Source: Actinomycetota bacterium (GTDB lineage Bacteria > Actinomycetota > Aquicultoria > UBA3085 > Oleimmundimicrobiaceae). From it: 64,000 nucleotides of DNA. The notes below the pieces were generated by a model. It ran no database searches. It was given only the letters and a program-made list of their open reading frames with translations, and was not told where the DNA came from. Both the position numbers and the translations under genes were made by a program. The DNA is taken from the NCBI GenBank assembly GCA_030017835.1, contig JASEGU010000001.1:24341-88340 (forward strand), read 5' to 3'. Positions 20,293-32,376 of this stretch are shown here, in pieces (position 1 is the stretch's first letter; each line of letters starts with the position of its first letter).

Positions 20293-21123
20293 ATGCAAGA
20301 TTTCATATTATCTTTTTTTATCGCTCTCATCACCGCCGCCGCCCTTAGCACCCTCGTCCTTTCGGTCCTCTCAAAAACCCCTTACGCAAGAGAGAATTAT
20401 AGAGGCGTAAAAGTCATTGCCGGAAGCGGTCTCATCATCCCGATCAATATTCTAATTCACCTCCTCTTGGTTCAGATCATCGCAAGACCGGACTTAGCGT
20501 CCTCTCCCATCTCAATCCAGATGGTAATCTTCATGCTAATATCCCTAGCCATCCTTGGAGCAATAGACGATCTTAAGGGCGACAGGAGCACGGGAGGCTT
20601 TAAGGGCCATTTCGGGCGCCTACTGAAGGGCGAGCTTACGACGGGCTCGATTAAGGCGCTCGGCGGTGGTCTTGTGGCGATAATTGCGGCCTATCCCTCA
20701 TCCAGCAATCTCTTCGAACTGATAATCAAGGCCCTTGCCATCGCCCTATTCATAAATCTCTTCAATCTTTTGGATTTGCGGCCTGGACGGGCGCTCAAAG
20801 TTTTCATAATATTAGGGGTAGCGATAGCCTTAATGATTCCTTGGCGAGAGTCGCTCTCGATCTGGGGAGCCGTGATGGCAACAGGTTTAGTTCTGCTCCA
20901 CGTCGACCTTTCCGAGCGGGGCATGCTAGGAGACGTTGGATCAAATCTTTTGGGCGGTCTGACAGGTTACTTCATAGTAACAAGGGCAAGTTTTTCGATA
21001 AATTTGATCCTTCTCACCCTTCTTGTGTTCATAAATCTTTACTCGGAAAAGAGGTCAATCTCCGAGTTGATTGAGCGAGTATCCTTCTTGCGCTGGCTGG
21101 ACGAATTGGGCAGAAGGGTTTAA
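20293..21123 (+). CDS. MraY/WecA-like polyprenyl-phosphate sugar-1-phosphate transferase (Glycos_transf_4)
   Basis: Multiple TM helices; LGAIDDL, NLFNLLDLRPG, MLGDVGSN. Confidence 0.8.
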   Translation: MQDFILSFFIALITAAALSTLVLSVLSKTPYARENYRGVKVIAGSGLIIPINILIHLLLVQIIARPDLASSPISIQMVIFMLISLAILGAIDDLKGDRSTGGFKGHFGRLLKGELTTGSIKALGGGLVAIIAAYPSSSNLFELIIKALAIALFINLFNLLDLRPGRALKVFIILGVAIALMIPWRESLSIWGAVMATGLVLLHVDLSERGMLGDVGSNLLGGLTGYFIVTRASFSINLILLTLLVFINLYSEKRSISELIERVSFLRWLDELGRRV

Positions 21124-21156
21124 GTGGCCTCGGAGAGTAAACTGGAGGGCTTTTAA

Positions 21157-23905
<2,749 letters not shown>

Positions 23906-23906
<1 letters not shown>

Positions 23907-24982
23907 TGCGCTTTAGATCCGCCAAAGTAGTCGAAGTGGTTGAGAAGAACTCTGCCATCTCGAACCTAATAGTCGAATTGGAAGGCCGTAAATTTACGGC
24001 CGTAAATTTCAACGACTTAACGGGTCCGTCCGCTCCCGGTGATGAGGTGGTCGTGAATACCTCAGCCATCGATTTAAAACTTGGCAGCGGCGGGGCCCAC
24101 TTCGTCCTCTGGAACCTCAAAAGAAGGGACTTTGAGACCGCAAACCTGGGCCACATCATCAAGATGAGATACACGCCGCTTCAGGTCCCAATTCTTTCAG
24201 TCGAGGAGCAGGAGAGCCCCCACCACGAAGAGATGAGTAATACCGAGCTATTTGGGATGCCCTGCATAATCGGAAGTCTCCACAGTCAACTTGCTCCCGT
24301 AGTTTTAACGATCAAGGCGGTGGCGCCCAAGGTGAAGGTAGCTTACGTCATGACGGATGGAGGAGCTCTACCCCTAGCCTTAAGTGACACTGTCACGCAT
24401 CTCAAAATGTCCGGCCTGTTAGATAGCAGTATAACCGTCGGCCAAGCCTTCGGCGGAGATCTGGAGGCCATCAATATCTATAGCGGTCTCATTGCCTCAA
24501 AGTATGTCGCAAAAGCCGATATCGCGGTAATAATGATGGGTCCTGGCATCGTTGGGACCAATACTCCGCTCGGATTTTCCGGGATCGAACAGGGGCAGAT
24601 AATAAACGCGGTCCATTCTCTGGGCGGCTATCCGATAGCCATCCCGAGGATTAGTTTCAAGGATAAGAGGGAGAGGCACTTTGGTCTCAGTCATCACTTC
24701 GTCACCTCCCTCACCAAGGTAGCTCTTGCCAAAAGCTCCATAATCCTTTCCGATATGCCCAAGGCTGAGATGGACTTGGTCAAAAAGAGGTTGGATTCAA
24801 GCGGACTCTCAGCAAAACACGCAGTCGAAATCGTCTTAAATGAGATTACTTTGAGTGCGATAAAAGAGAGCGGAATTAAACTTACCACCATGGGCAGGAC
24901 TCCAGACGAGGAGCCAGTCTTCTTCAAGACGGCCGGAAGCTCTGGCCTTTACGCCTTAAGACTCTTGGGAGTCGAGTTTTGA
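23906..24982 (+). CDS. DUF3866 family protein
   Basis: VNTSA..L.LGSGG, GHIIKMRYTPLQ, LHSQL, MTDGGALP, GQAFGGDLEA, GPGIVGT. Confidence 0.75.
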
Positions 24983-25521
24983 TGGAAGAGAGCCCCTATC
25001 TCACTGTCCAGTCGGACCTCAAATTTAAGGGCAAGATATTTCAGCTAAAAGTGGAGCAGGTGCAAGGCCCAGGGGGCGAAAGATTCGAGCGTGAAGTGGT
25101 TGAGCACTCTCAAGCGGTCGCCATAGTGGCCCTTGACACAGAAGGGCGGCTGCTTCTGGTGAAGCAGTATAGGCACGCAGCCAAAAAGGAGCTCTGGGAG
25201 ATTCCGGCCGGCTTGATGGAAGAGGGGGAGGAGCCGCTAGAGGCCGCCAAGAGGGAGCTTTTCGAGGAGACGGGTTTTGAGGCCAGAAAATTTGACCATC
25301 TCTTAAGCTTCTATTTTACTCCGGGCAACAGTACCGAGCAGCTTCACCTCTTTCTGGCCGACGACCTCTCTCAGAGGACCGATTTTATCGACCACGACGA
25401 GATAATCGACTTCTCCAGATTCTCCCCAGCCGAGGCCGCCTCGATGATGGAGCAAGGCGAGATAATAGACTCCAAGACGATAATTGGCCTTTTGTTGCTA
25501 GAGCGTCATCTTAAAGGGTGA
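24979..25521 (+). CDS. NUDIX hydrolase (ADP-ribose pyrophosphatase-like)
   Basis: EIPAG...EEPLEAAKRELFEETG Nudix box; QYR; IIDSKT. Confidence 0.9.
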   Translation: MMEESPYLTVQSDLKFKGKIFQLKVEQVQGPGGERFEREVVEHSQAVAIVALDTEGRLLLVKQYRHAAKKELWEIPAGLMEEGEEPLEAAKRELFEETGFEARKFDHLLSFYFTPGNSTEQLHLFLADDLSQRTDFIDHDEIIDFSRFSPAEAASMMEQGEIIDSKTIIGLLLLERHLKG

Positions 25522-25525
25522 AGAG

Positions 25526-26419
25526 ATGCAGGATATCTTAAAGGAGTACCTAAACTATCAGGCGGTGGAGAAGGGTCTCTCTAACAACTCCATCTTGGCT
25601 TACCGCCGGGATCTCTTGCGCTACATAGATTTCTTGAAGAGTGACAGGGGCTCATCGCCCGAGGCGGCCACCCGTCAAGATATCCTTGATTATCTGGAGT
25701 CATTAAAATCGAGCGGACTTGCCGCAAGCAGCATAGCCCGGAGCGTGGCCGCCATAAAATCCTTTCACAAATTTCTAGTCAGAGAGTCGATAACCGAAAA
25801 TTTTCCAACCGTGAGCCTTAAGCTTCCCAAAATTGCAAAACGACTTCCCAAGGCCCTCTCCGTCTCAGATGTCTTGCGCCTTCTAGATGAACCCAAGGGC
25901 TCTTCCCCCCCTAAGCTCAGGGACAAGGCCATCCTCGAGGTCTTTTACGCAACTGGGGTAAGGGTGAGCGAACTCGTCTCGATCAAGATAGAGGATATCG
26001 ATTTCGAATCCGGCTATATCCGCGTCTTCGGCAAGGGTTCTAAGGAGCGGGTGGTTCCGATAGGCTCTTACGGTCTGGCCGCAGTCGATAATTATCTTAA
26101 GAACGGCCGGGCCAAACTAGCCAAGGGAGATAGGCAGGGTTTTCTCTTCTTGAATCAACGAGGCCGGCCCTTAACTCGCCAGGGGTGCTGGAAGATACTT
26201 AAGGCCTACTCCAAAGCGGCTGGCATAAAGGAGATAAGCCCCCACGCTCTTCGTCACTCCTTCGCCACAAATCTTCTCCAGGCCGGGGCCGACCTTAGGT
26301 CCGTTCAGGAGATGCTCGGTCACGCTGACATCTCTACCACCCAGATCTACACCCACGTCTCCAGAGAGCACCTAAGAGAGGTCTACATGATGAATCATCC
26401 CAGGGCTAAGAAGAGGTGA
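25526..26419 (+). CDS. xerD: Site-specific tyrosine recombinase XerD
   Basis: TGVRVSEL, GKGSKER, HALRHSFAT, LGHADISTTQIYTHV; NUDIX-xerD-deoB core context. Confidence 0.92.
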   Translation: MQDILKEYLNYQAVEKGLSNNSILAYRRDLLRYIDFLKSDRGSSPEAATRQDILDYLESLKSSGLAASSIARSVAAIKSFHKFLVRESITENFPTVSLKLPKIAKRLPKALSVSDVLRLLDEPKGSSPPKLRDKAILEVFYATGVRVSELVSIKIEDIDFESGYIRVFGKGSKERVVPIGSYGLAAVDNYLKNGRAKLAKGDRQGFLFLNQRGRPLTRQGCWKILKAYSKAAGIKEISPHALRHSFATNLLQAGADLRSVQEMLGHADISTTQIYTHVSREHLREVYMMNHPRAKKR

Positions 26420-26428
26420 AATAAGGCC

Positions 26429-27649
26429 ATGCCAACCGGTAACGATAAGCGCCTATTTGATCGCTCCATCGTGATCATTCTCGATGGCCTTGGGGTGGGC
26501 GAGCTTGATGATGCCAAAGATTACGGAGATGCCGGGAGCAACACTTTAGCAAATACGGCCAAAGCTGTGGGAGGATTTAGCCTGCCAAATCTTGAGAGGC
26601 TAGGGCTTGGAAGGATAATCGATATCGAAGGAGTTTTGGCGGTTTTGACGCCCGAAGGATCATTCGGTAAGATGGCTGAGATCTCGGCGGGTAAGGATAG
26701 CACGAGCGGTCATCTGGAGATGATGGGCCTCCCCATAGAGAAGCCCTTTCCGGTCTATCCTAAAGGTTTCCCGAGCGAGATAATCTCGAGTTTTGAGGAG
26801 AGGATAGGAAGAAGAGTCCTGTGCAACCGGCCAGCCTCAGGAACAGAGGTGATAAAGGAGTTCGGCGAGGAGCACTTGAAGACCAAGCGACCGATAGTCT
26901 ACACCTCTGCCGATAGCGTATTTCAGATCGCCGCCCATAAGGATGTCTGCCCGGTGGAAGAACTATACGAAATGTGCCGCAAGGCAAGAGACCTTTTAAG
27001 GGGCAAAGATGAGGTATGCAGGGTGATAGCCCGTCCCTTTGCGGGCGAGATCGGCGGATTCTACCGTACCCCAGAGAGGCGCGATTTCTCCCTGGAGCCT
27101 TTCGGCAAGACCGCCCTCGACTATGCAGTCGCTTCGGGCCTTAGCGTCTTTGGGGTGGGCAAGATTTCCGAGATATTCATGGGCCGGGGGATAAGCGAGT
27201 CGATCCATGCCGATTCGAATATGGACGGGATCGATAAGATCCTGAGTCTAATAGAGCGAGGCGAGAGGGGGATAATCCTTGCCAACCTAGTCGATTTCGA
27301 TATGCTCTGGGGTCACAGGAATGATCCCTTGGGTTTTGCAAAAGGTCTGGAGGCGGTCGACGCAAGGATTCCTGAGATCATGTCTTGCCTTAAGGAGAAT
27401 GACGCCCTCTTTTTTTCGGCCGATCACGGCTGCGACCCGACCACAGAGAGCACCGATCATTCAAGGGAGCACGTTCCCTTGCTGGCATGCGGCGAGCGGA
27501 TCGAGGCCGGGATAGATATCGGGATCAGGAAGAGCTTTGCCGATTTGGGTAAGACCATTTCAGAGCTCCTAGACTTTGAGGCGGATATCTTGGGAGAGAG
27601 CTTTGCTTCTCTCATCGCGCCCTCGCTCAAAGGGGTGATAGAGGCGTGA
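26429..27649 (+). CDS. deoB: Phosphopentomutase
   Basis: ILDGLGVG, GKDSTSGH, YTSADSVFQIAAH, DMLWGHRND, ADHGCDPT, HSRE. Confidence 0.95.
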   Translation: MPTGNDKRLFDRSIVIILDGLGVGELDDAKDYGDAGSNTLANTAKAVGGFSLPNLERLGLGRIIDIEGVLAVLTPEGSFGKMAEISAGKDSTSGHLEMMGLPIEKPFPVYPKGFPSEIISSFEERIGRRVLCNRPASGTEVIKEFGEEHLKTKRPIVYTSADSVFQIAAHKDVCPVEELYEMCRKARDLLRGKDEVCRVIARPFAGEIGGFYRTPERRDFSLEPFGKTALDYAVASGLSVFGVGKISEIFMGRGISESIHADSNMDGIDKILSLIERGERGIILANLVDFDMLWGHRNDPLGFAKGLEAVDARIPEIMSCLKENDALFFSADHGCDPTTESTDHSREHVPLLACGERIEAGIDIGIRKSFADLGKTISELLDFEADILGESFASLIAPSLKGVIEA

Positions 27650-28947
27650 TAGCCTACGAAGTGATCGCCAAGAAGAGGGATGGCGAAAGCCTCACAAAAT
27701 CAGAAATAGCCCTGATGATCGAGAGCTTTCTTTGCGGAAGTTTAGCCGATTATCAGATGGCGGCCTTTCTGATGGCCTGCTACATCCGAGGCCTTAGCGA
27801 CGAGGAGACCTTCTATTTGACAGAGGCGATGGTCTCTTCCGGCAAAAGGGTCGATCTCTCAAGCGTAAGCGGCTTTAAGGTGGATAAGCACAGCACCGGT
27901 GGGGTGGGCGACAAGACCACTTTGGTCGTCTGCCCGCTTGTGGCGAGCCTTGGGACGATAGTTTCCAAATTTTCAGGCCGCGGGCTTGGCCATACCGGAG
28001 GGACTATTGATAAGCTTGAATCGGTGCCGGGCTTCTCCACAAAACTCTCGATCGAAGACCTAATTGAGCAGCTTAAGCGGATAGGGATCGCAATAGCTTC
28101 GGCAAGTGAAGAGATCAACCCGGCTGACAAGAGGCTTTACGCCTTGCGCGATGTGACAGCCACCGTATCGTCCACGCCGCTCATCGCCTCAAGCATAATG
28201 AGCAAGAAGATAGCGGCCGGCTCCGAACGGCTGGTTCTGGACGTCAAAGTCGGCCCTGGAGCCTTTCTAACCGATATCGATGAGGCCAAAAAGCTCTCCC
28301 GTCTGATGCTGGATATCGCAAAGAGGGCCAAGATGCGGGCGGTCGCCGTGATCAGCCGAATGGATGAACCCTTGGGCAAGGCCGCCGGAAACTCGCTTGA
28401 GGTCATAGAGGCAACAGAGACCCTCAAGGGCCGCGGGCCGAGCGATCTTGTTGAACTCTCTAAAGTTTTGGCGGCAAGGATGCTGAGCCTTGGTGGCCTT
28501 TTGACCATATCTCAAGCCGAAGAGGCTGCAAACCTGGCTCTGGCCAGCGGGGCGGCCTTAAATAAATTTGTCGAGCTTCTGGCCGCCCAGGGCGGGGACG
28601 AAAGGGCGGCTCACGATTACGGCCTCCTTCCAAGAGCAAAAGAGATAAGGGGGGTCTCGCTAAAAGAGAGCGGTTATGTGACCTCGATCGATGCCAAAGC
28701 CATCGGTCTAACCCTGGTTGAGATCGGCGCCGGGCGCAAACGGGCCGAGAGTGAAATAGACCATTCGGTCGGCGTCATCCTCGGAAAGAAGGTGGGCGAC
28801 CGCGTCGATATCGGCGAAGAGATAGCCGAGGTGCACGCCTCAAACCCAGCCGATGCTGAAATGGCCAGGGCCCACATTGCCAAAGCTTACAGGGTCGGCA
28901 AAAAAAAGCCCCTTGCAAAAGGCATCATAATCGATATCCTTGAATAG
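27646..28947 (+). CDS. pdp: Pyrimidine-nucleoside / thymidine phosphorylase
   Basis: DKHSTGGVGDK, SGRGLGHTGGTIDKLES, LRDVTAT, SIMSKKIA. Confidence 0.93.
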   Translation: MIAYEVIAKKRDGESLTKSEIALMIESFLCGSLADYQMAAFLMACYIRGLSDEETFYLTEAMVSSGKRVDLSSVSGFKVDKHSTGGVGDKTTLVVCPLVASLGTIVSKFSGRGLGHTGGTIDKLESVPGFSTKLSIEDLIEQLKRIGIAIASASEEINPADKRLYALRDVTATVSSTPLIASSIMSKKIAAGSERLVLDVKVGPGAFLTDIDEAKKLSRLMLDIAKRAKMRAVAVISRMDEPLGKAAGNSLEVIEATETLKGRGPSDLVELSKVLAARMLSLGGLLTISQAEEAANLALASGAALNKFVELLAAQGGDERAAHDYGLLPRAKEIRGVSLKESGYVTSIDAKAIGLTLVEIGAGRKRAESEIDHSVGVILGKKVGDRVDIGEEIAEVHASNPADAEMARAHIAKAYRVGKKKPLAKGIIIDILE

Positions 28948-29266
28948 TCGATCCGATCTTGGCTGGATAAAAACCTGCGGAGAATGGAAAGAGATGAGAA
29001 GTTTTCTTAGAATCTGGCGCGCCTTTTCAGCTCTGGTCGCAATCTCGCTAATCATACTCATCCTCATCAAGTTCATTCCTCCCCTTTTTGACCTGGCCTT
29101 AAGCGGAAAGGTTTTCACAGCTCTTCTCGGTCTCTTGGTCTTTGTCGTAATGCCCGGCATAATATCCCTTTCTATCTACTTCATCTTGATGATACCCGTC
29201 GCCTATCTATTCGGTAGATACGATAATAGATCGAAGGGGGACTTGGATGAGACCCTCCCCAAATAA
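28940..29266 (+). CDS. Small hypothetical membrane protein (likely start at the downstream ATG, MRSFLR...)
   Basis: Two to three hydrophobic segments; fills the gap co-directionally. Confidence 0.5.
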   Translation: MNSRSDLGWIKTCGEWKEMRSFLRIWRAFSALVAISLIILILIKFIPPLFDLALSGKVFTALLGLLVFVVMPGIISLSIYFILMIPVAYLFGRYDNRSKGDLDETLPK

Positions 29267-29331
29267 TGGGTTCCCTACATAAACCCGCAAATCTATGCTA
29301 GCATTGATTTAATTATCATCTACTCTTTGAG

Positions 29332-32031
29332 GTGAACATGACAAAAAGACTGCCGCTTCTTATACCAATCATCTTCATCGGGATAAGCCTGCTAGGCACG
29401 GCCTCCGGAATTTATACCGATTTTCTCTGGTTCTCTGAGCTCGGTTACAAGTCCGTCTTCTTCAAGGCTCTGGCCACAAAATCATCCGTCTTCTTGATTT
29501 CATTTCTGGTTGCCTATCTCTTTTTATATTTAAACTTAAGCATTGCCCAAAGGTTTGCCCCAAAGTATCAGGTTGAAGGGGATAACCAGATAGTCATAAT
29601 CAACCCCCCCTTAAAGCGGCTTTCGGGACCAATAACCATCTTTACCGCGGCCCTCTTCTCCTTCTTCATGGCAATCATCGCCCAAGAATTTTGGCTCGAT
29701 ATCCTGCGCTACAATAACGCCACCCCCTTTGGAAAGATCGACCCCATATTTCAAAAGGATATCGCCTTCTATGTATTTTCCCTGCCCCTATATCAGTTGG
29801 TCCACGGCTGGCTTACGGCCCTTATCATGGCCGGCCTCATCGCAACCATTCTTTCCTACTTTTTGAGCCGCGGTCTGGTCATCGGCAAAAAGAACTTCTA
29901 TAAACTCTCATTTGAGGCCAAGGGACACCTGCTCGTTTTGGCCGGCCTCTTTTTTCTTGCCCTCTCTTTGGGTTATCTCCTTCAGAGCTACGGACTCCTC
30001 TATTCGGGTCGTGGGGTAGCCTTTGGGGTCGCCTATACGGACATCTATGCCGAGCTTCCGATGCTCCGCTTGAAGATGCTTGCCTCGAGCCTGGTGGCCG
30101 TCTTCATCTTCCTAAATATTTGGCGAGCGGGCTTTCGTCCCCTTTTGGTCGGTCTCGCAGTCCTTCTCTTTACCATCGTAATCGGCGGAATATACCCAGC
30201 TCTCATCCAGCGGCTGGTGGTCTCCCCCAATGAGATGGCCAGAGAAGAAGGGTATATAGCCTATAATATCGAAAATACCAGGGCGGCCTACGGGATAGAC
30301 AAGGTCGTCGAGACCGAGATGTCGGCAGAGGACGGACTTTCAGCCGACGATCTCATCGCCAATGAGGCGACCATCAGAAACATCCGCCTCTGGGACTGGC
30401 GACCCCTCAAGACGACCTTTAAACAGATTCAAGAGATAAGACCCTATTATGTCTTCAACGATGTCGATATAGACCGTTACAAATTCAACGCAAGTTTTGA
30501 ACAAGTGGCCCTCTCGGCCCGCGAGCTCTCGATCGACAACCTGCCAAGTTCGGCCAAGACCTGGGTAAACGAGCACCTAGTCTATACCCACGGCTATGGT
30601 TTTTGTCTAAATCCGGTCAACAAGGTGACCAGCGACGGCCTGCCCGATTTTTACGTCAAGGATATTCCGCCCAAGAGCAACGTCAATCTCTCCATCGAGA
30701 GGCCCGAGATCTACTACGGTGAGATCAATAACGCCTACTCGATCATCAAAGTAAACGAGCCGACCAGAGAGCTCGATTACCCCAAGGGCGATGTCAACGA
30801 GTACACCGTATATGAAGGCGGCGGCGGCATAGAGTTATCCTTTTTAAGGAAGATAGCCTTTTCGATCAGGTTCGGCACCATAAAGCCCCTCATCAGCAGC
30901 GCTATCAGGGAGGATAGCCGGATTATCTTTGATCGGACGATAGAGTCGAGGGCCTCCAACTTGGCCCCCTTCCTCTCTTTCGATGGCGATCCCTATCTGG
31001 TAGTCGAAGGCGGCCGTCTATATTGGATGCTCGATGGCTATACTACGACTTCGATGTATCCCTATTCGACTCCGACAGACGGCTTCAATTACATAAGGAA
31101 CTCGGTCAAGGTCGTCATGGATGCTTACGACGGTGACATCACCTTCTTCGTATTCGATGAGACAGATCCCCTCATCAACTCCTATAGGAAGATATTTCCA
31201 GACCTCTTCAAGGATGCCAGCGAGATGAAAGAGGGCTTAAAGGCGCACATAAGATACCCTGTCGATCTAATGAAGGTTCAGGCCCGGATCTACTCGACTT
31301 ATCACATGGCCGATCCCCAGGTATTCTATAGCAAGGAGGACACTTGGGCGCTTCCGGGCGAGATCTATGGCGACGAAGAGATAGAGATGGAGCCCTACTA
31401 CATCATCATGAAGCTCATGGGCGAGGAGAGCGAGGAGTTTCTGCTGATGCTACCCTTTACGCCTTCGGGCAAGAACAATATGATAGGTTGGATGGCCGTC
31501 CGATGCGACGGAGATAATTATGGTCAGATGATAGTCTACAAATTTCCAAAGGATAAACTGATCTTCGGTCCGATGCAGATAGAGGCGCGCGTCAACCAGG
31601 ACCCCACAATCTCGCGGGAGCTCACCCTCTGGGGGCAGCGGGGATCCAGCGTGATAAGGGGCAACCTTCTAGTGATACCGATCGAGAAATCCGTCCTCTA
31701 CGTCGAGCCCCTCTATTTGAAGGCCGAACAGAGCGAGCTTCCCGAGCTTAAACGTGTCATCGTCGGTTACGGAAATCGCGTAGTCATGGAGGAGACCCTC
31801 GAGGCGGCATTGACCAGGGTATTTGGCACAGGCGATGGGGGTGAGCCCCCGCCCGAGGCGCCCATACCGACTGCCGGTGAGACTACCATAGAAGAGCTTA
31901 TAAAGAGGGCAAACGAACATTTCAGCCGGGCCGAAGCCTATCAGAAGGACGGCAATTGGGGTGCATACGGCGAGGAGATCGCAAGACTCAAAGAGGTCTT
32001 GGCCGAGCTCGATGGGCGCATAAATCCCTAA
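29332..32031 (+). CDS. UPF0182 family membrane protein
   Basis: YTDFLWF..LGY, DPIF..DIAFYVF.LP, NIRLWD, HLVYTHGYG, NYIRNSVK, IRGNLLVIP; likely start ATG 29338 after GAGGTG. Confidence 0.9.
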   Translation: MNMTKRLPLLIPIIFIGISLLGTASGIYTDFLWFSELGYKSVFFKALATKSSVFLISFLVAYLFLYLNLSIAQRFAPKYQVEGDNQIVIINPPLKRLSGPITIFTAALFSFFMAIIAQEFWLDILRYNNATPFGKIDPIFQKDIAFYVFSLPLYQLVHGWLTALIMAGLIATILSYFLSRGLVIGKKNFYKLSFEAKGHLLVLAGLFFLALSLGYLLQSYGLLYSGRGVAFGVAYTDIYAELPMLRLKMLASSLVAVFIFLNIWRAGFRPLLVGLAVLLFTIVIGGIYPALIQRLVVSPNEMAREEGYIAYNIENTRAAYGIDKVVETEMSAEDGLSADDLIANEATIRNIRLWDWRPLKTTFKQIQEIRPYYVFNDVDIDRYKFNASFEQVALSARELSIDNLPSSAKTWVNEHLVYTHGYGFCLNPVNKVTSDGLPDFYVKDIPPKSNVNLSIERPEIYYGEINNAYSIIKVNEPTRELDYPKGDVNEYTVYEGGGGIELSFLRKIAFSIRFGTIKPLISSAIREDSRIIFDRTIESRASNLAPFLSFDGDPYLVVEGGRLYWMLDGYTTTSMYPYSTPTDGFNYIRNSVKVVMDAYDGDITFFVFDETDPLINSYRKIFPDLFKDASEMKEGLKAHIRYPVDLMKVQARIYSTYHMADPQVFYSKEDTWALPGEIYGDEEIEMEPYYIIMKLMGEESEEFLLMLPFTPSGKNNMIGWMAVRCDGDNYGQMIVYKFPKDKLIFGPMQIEARVNQDPTISRELTLWGQRGSSVIRGNLLVIPIEKSVLYVEPLYLKAEQSELPELKRVIVGYGNRVVMEETLEAALTRVFGTGDGGEPPPEAPIPTAGETTIEELIKRANEHFSRAEAYQKDGNWGAYGEEIARLKEVLAELDGRINP

Positions 32032-32074
32032 ATTATCGCCCATCAATTTGATTCGATCATTTAAAGGAGGGCCT

Positions 32075-32323
32075 ATGGAAGAGGTCGGCAAGGTTACTCA
32101 TTATTTTGCCCACATCCAGGTGGCGGTGGTCGACATATTGAGCGGTGAGCTCAAGGTGGGCGACAGGATCAAGATCAGCGGTCATACCACAGATTTTGAG
32201 CAGACGCTGGGGTCGATGGAGGTCGAACGGAAGAAGGTCGAAAGAGCCGCCGTTGGCGACTTGGTGGCGATCAAAGTTGAGAGCCAAGTTCGAGAGAACG
32301 ACCTCCTATTCAAGCTGACCTGA
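32075..32323 (+). CDS. Small beta-barrel protein (EF-Tu domain 2 / U32 C-terminal-like, 'translation elongation factor-like')
   Basis: AGGAGG RBS then ATG; VGKVTHYF..I.VAVV...GELKVGD.I.I.GHTTDF.Q...SM. Confidence 0.7.
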   Translation: MEEVGKVTHYFAHIQVAVVDILSGELKVGDRIKISGHTTDFEQTLGSMEVERKKVERAAVGDLVAIKVESQVRENDLLFKLT

Positions 32324-32376
32324 TGATCTCTTTCTTGAAACCCAAATTCATTCAAGAGCCCATTTAAGGAAAGGCC

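Noticed and set aside
25526..26419. Tyrosine recombinase as a mobile-element integrase
   Set aside because: Size, motifs and the NUDIX-xerD-deoB context fit housekeeping XerD.
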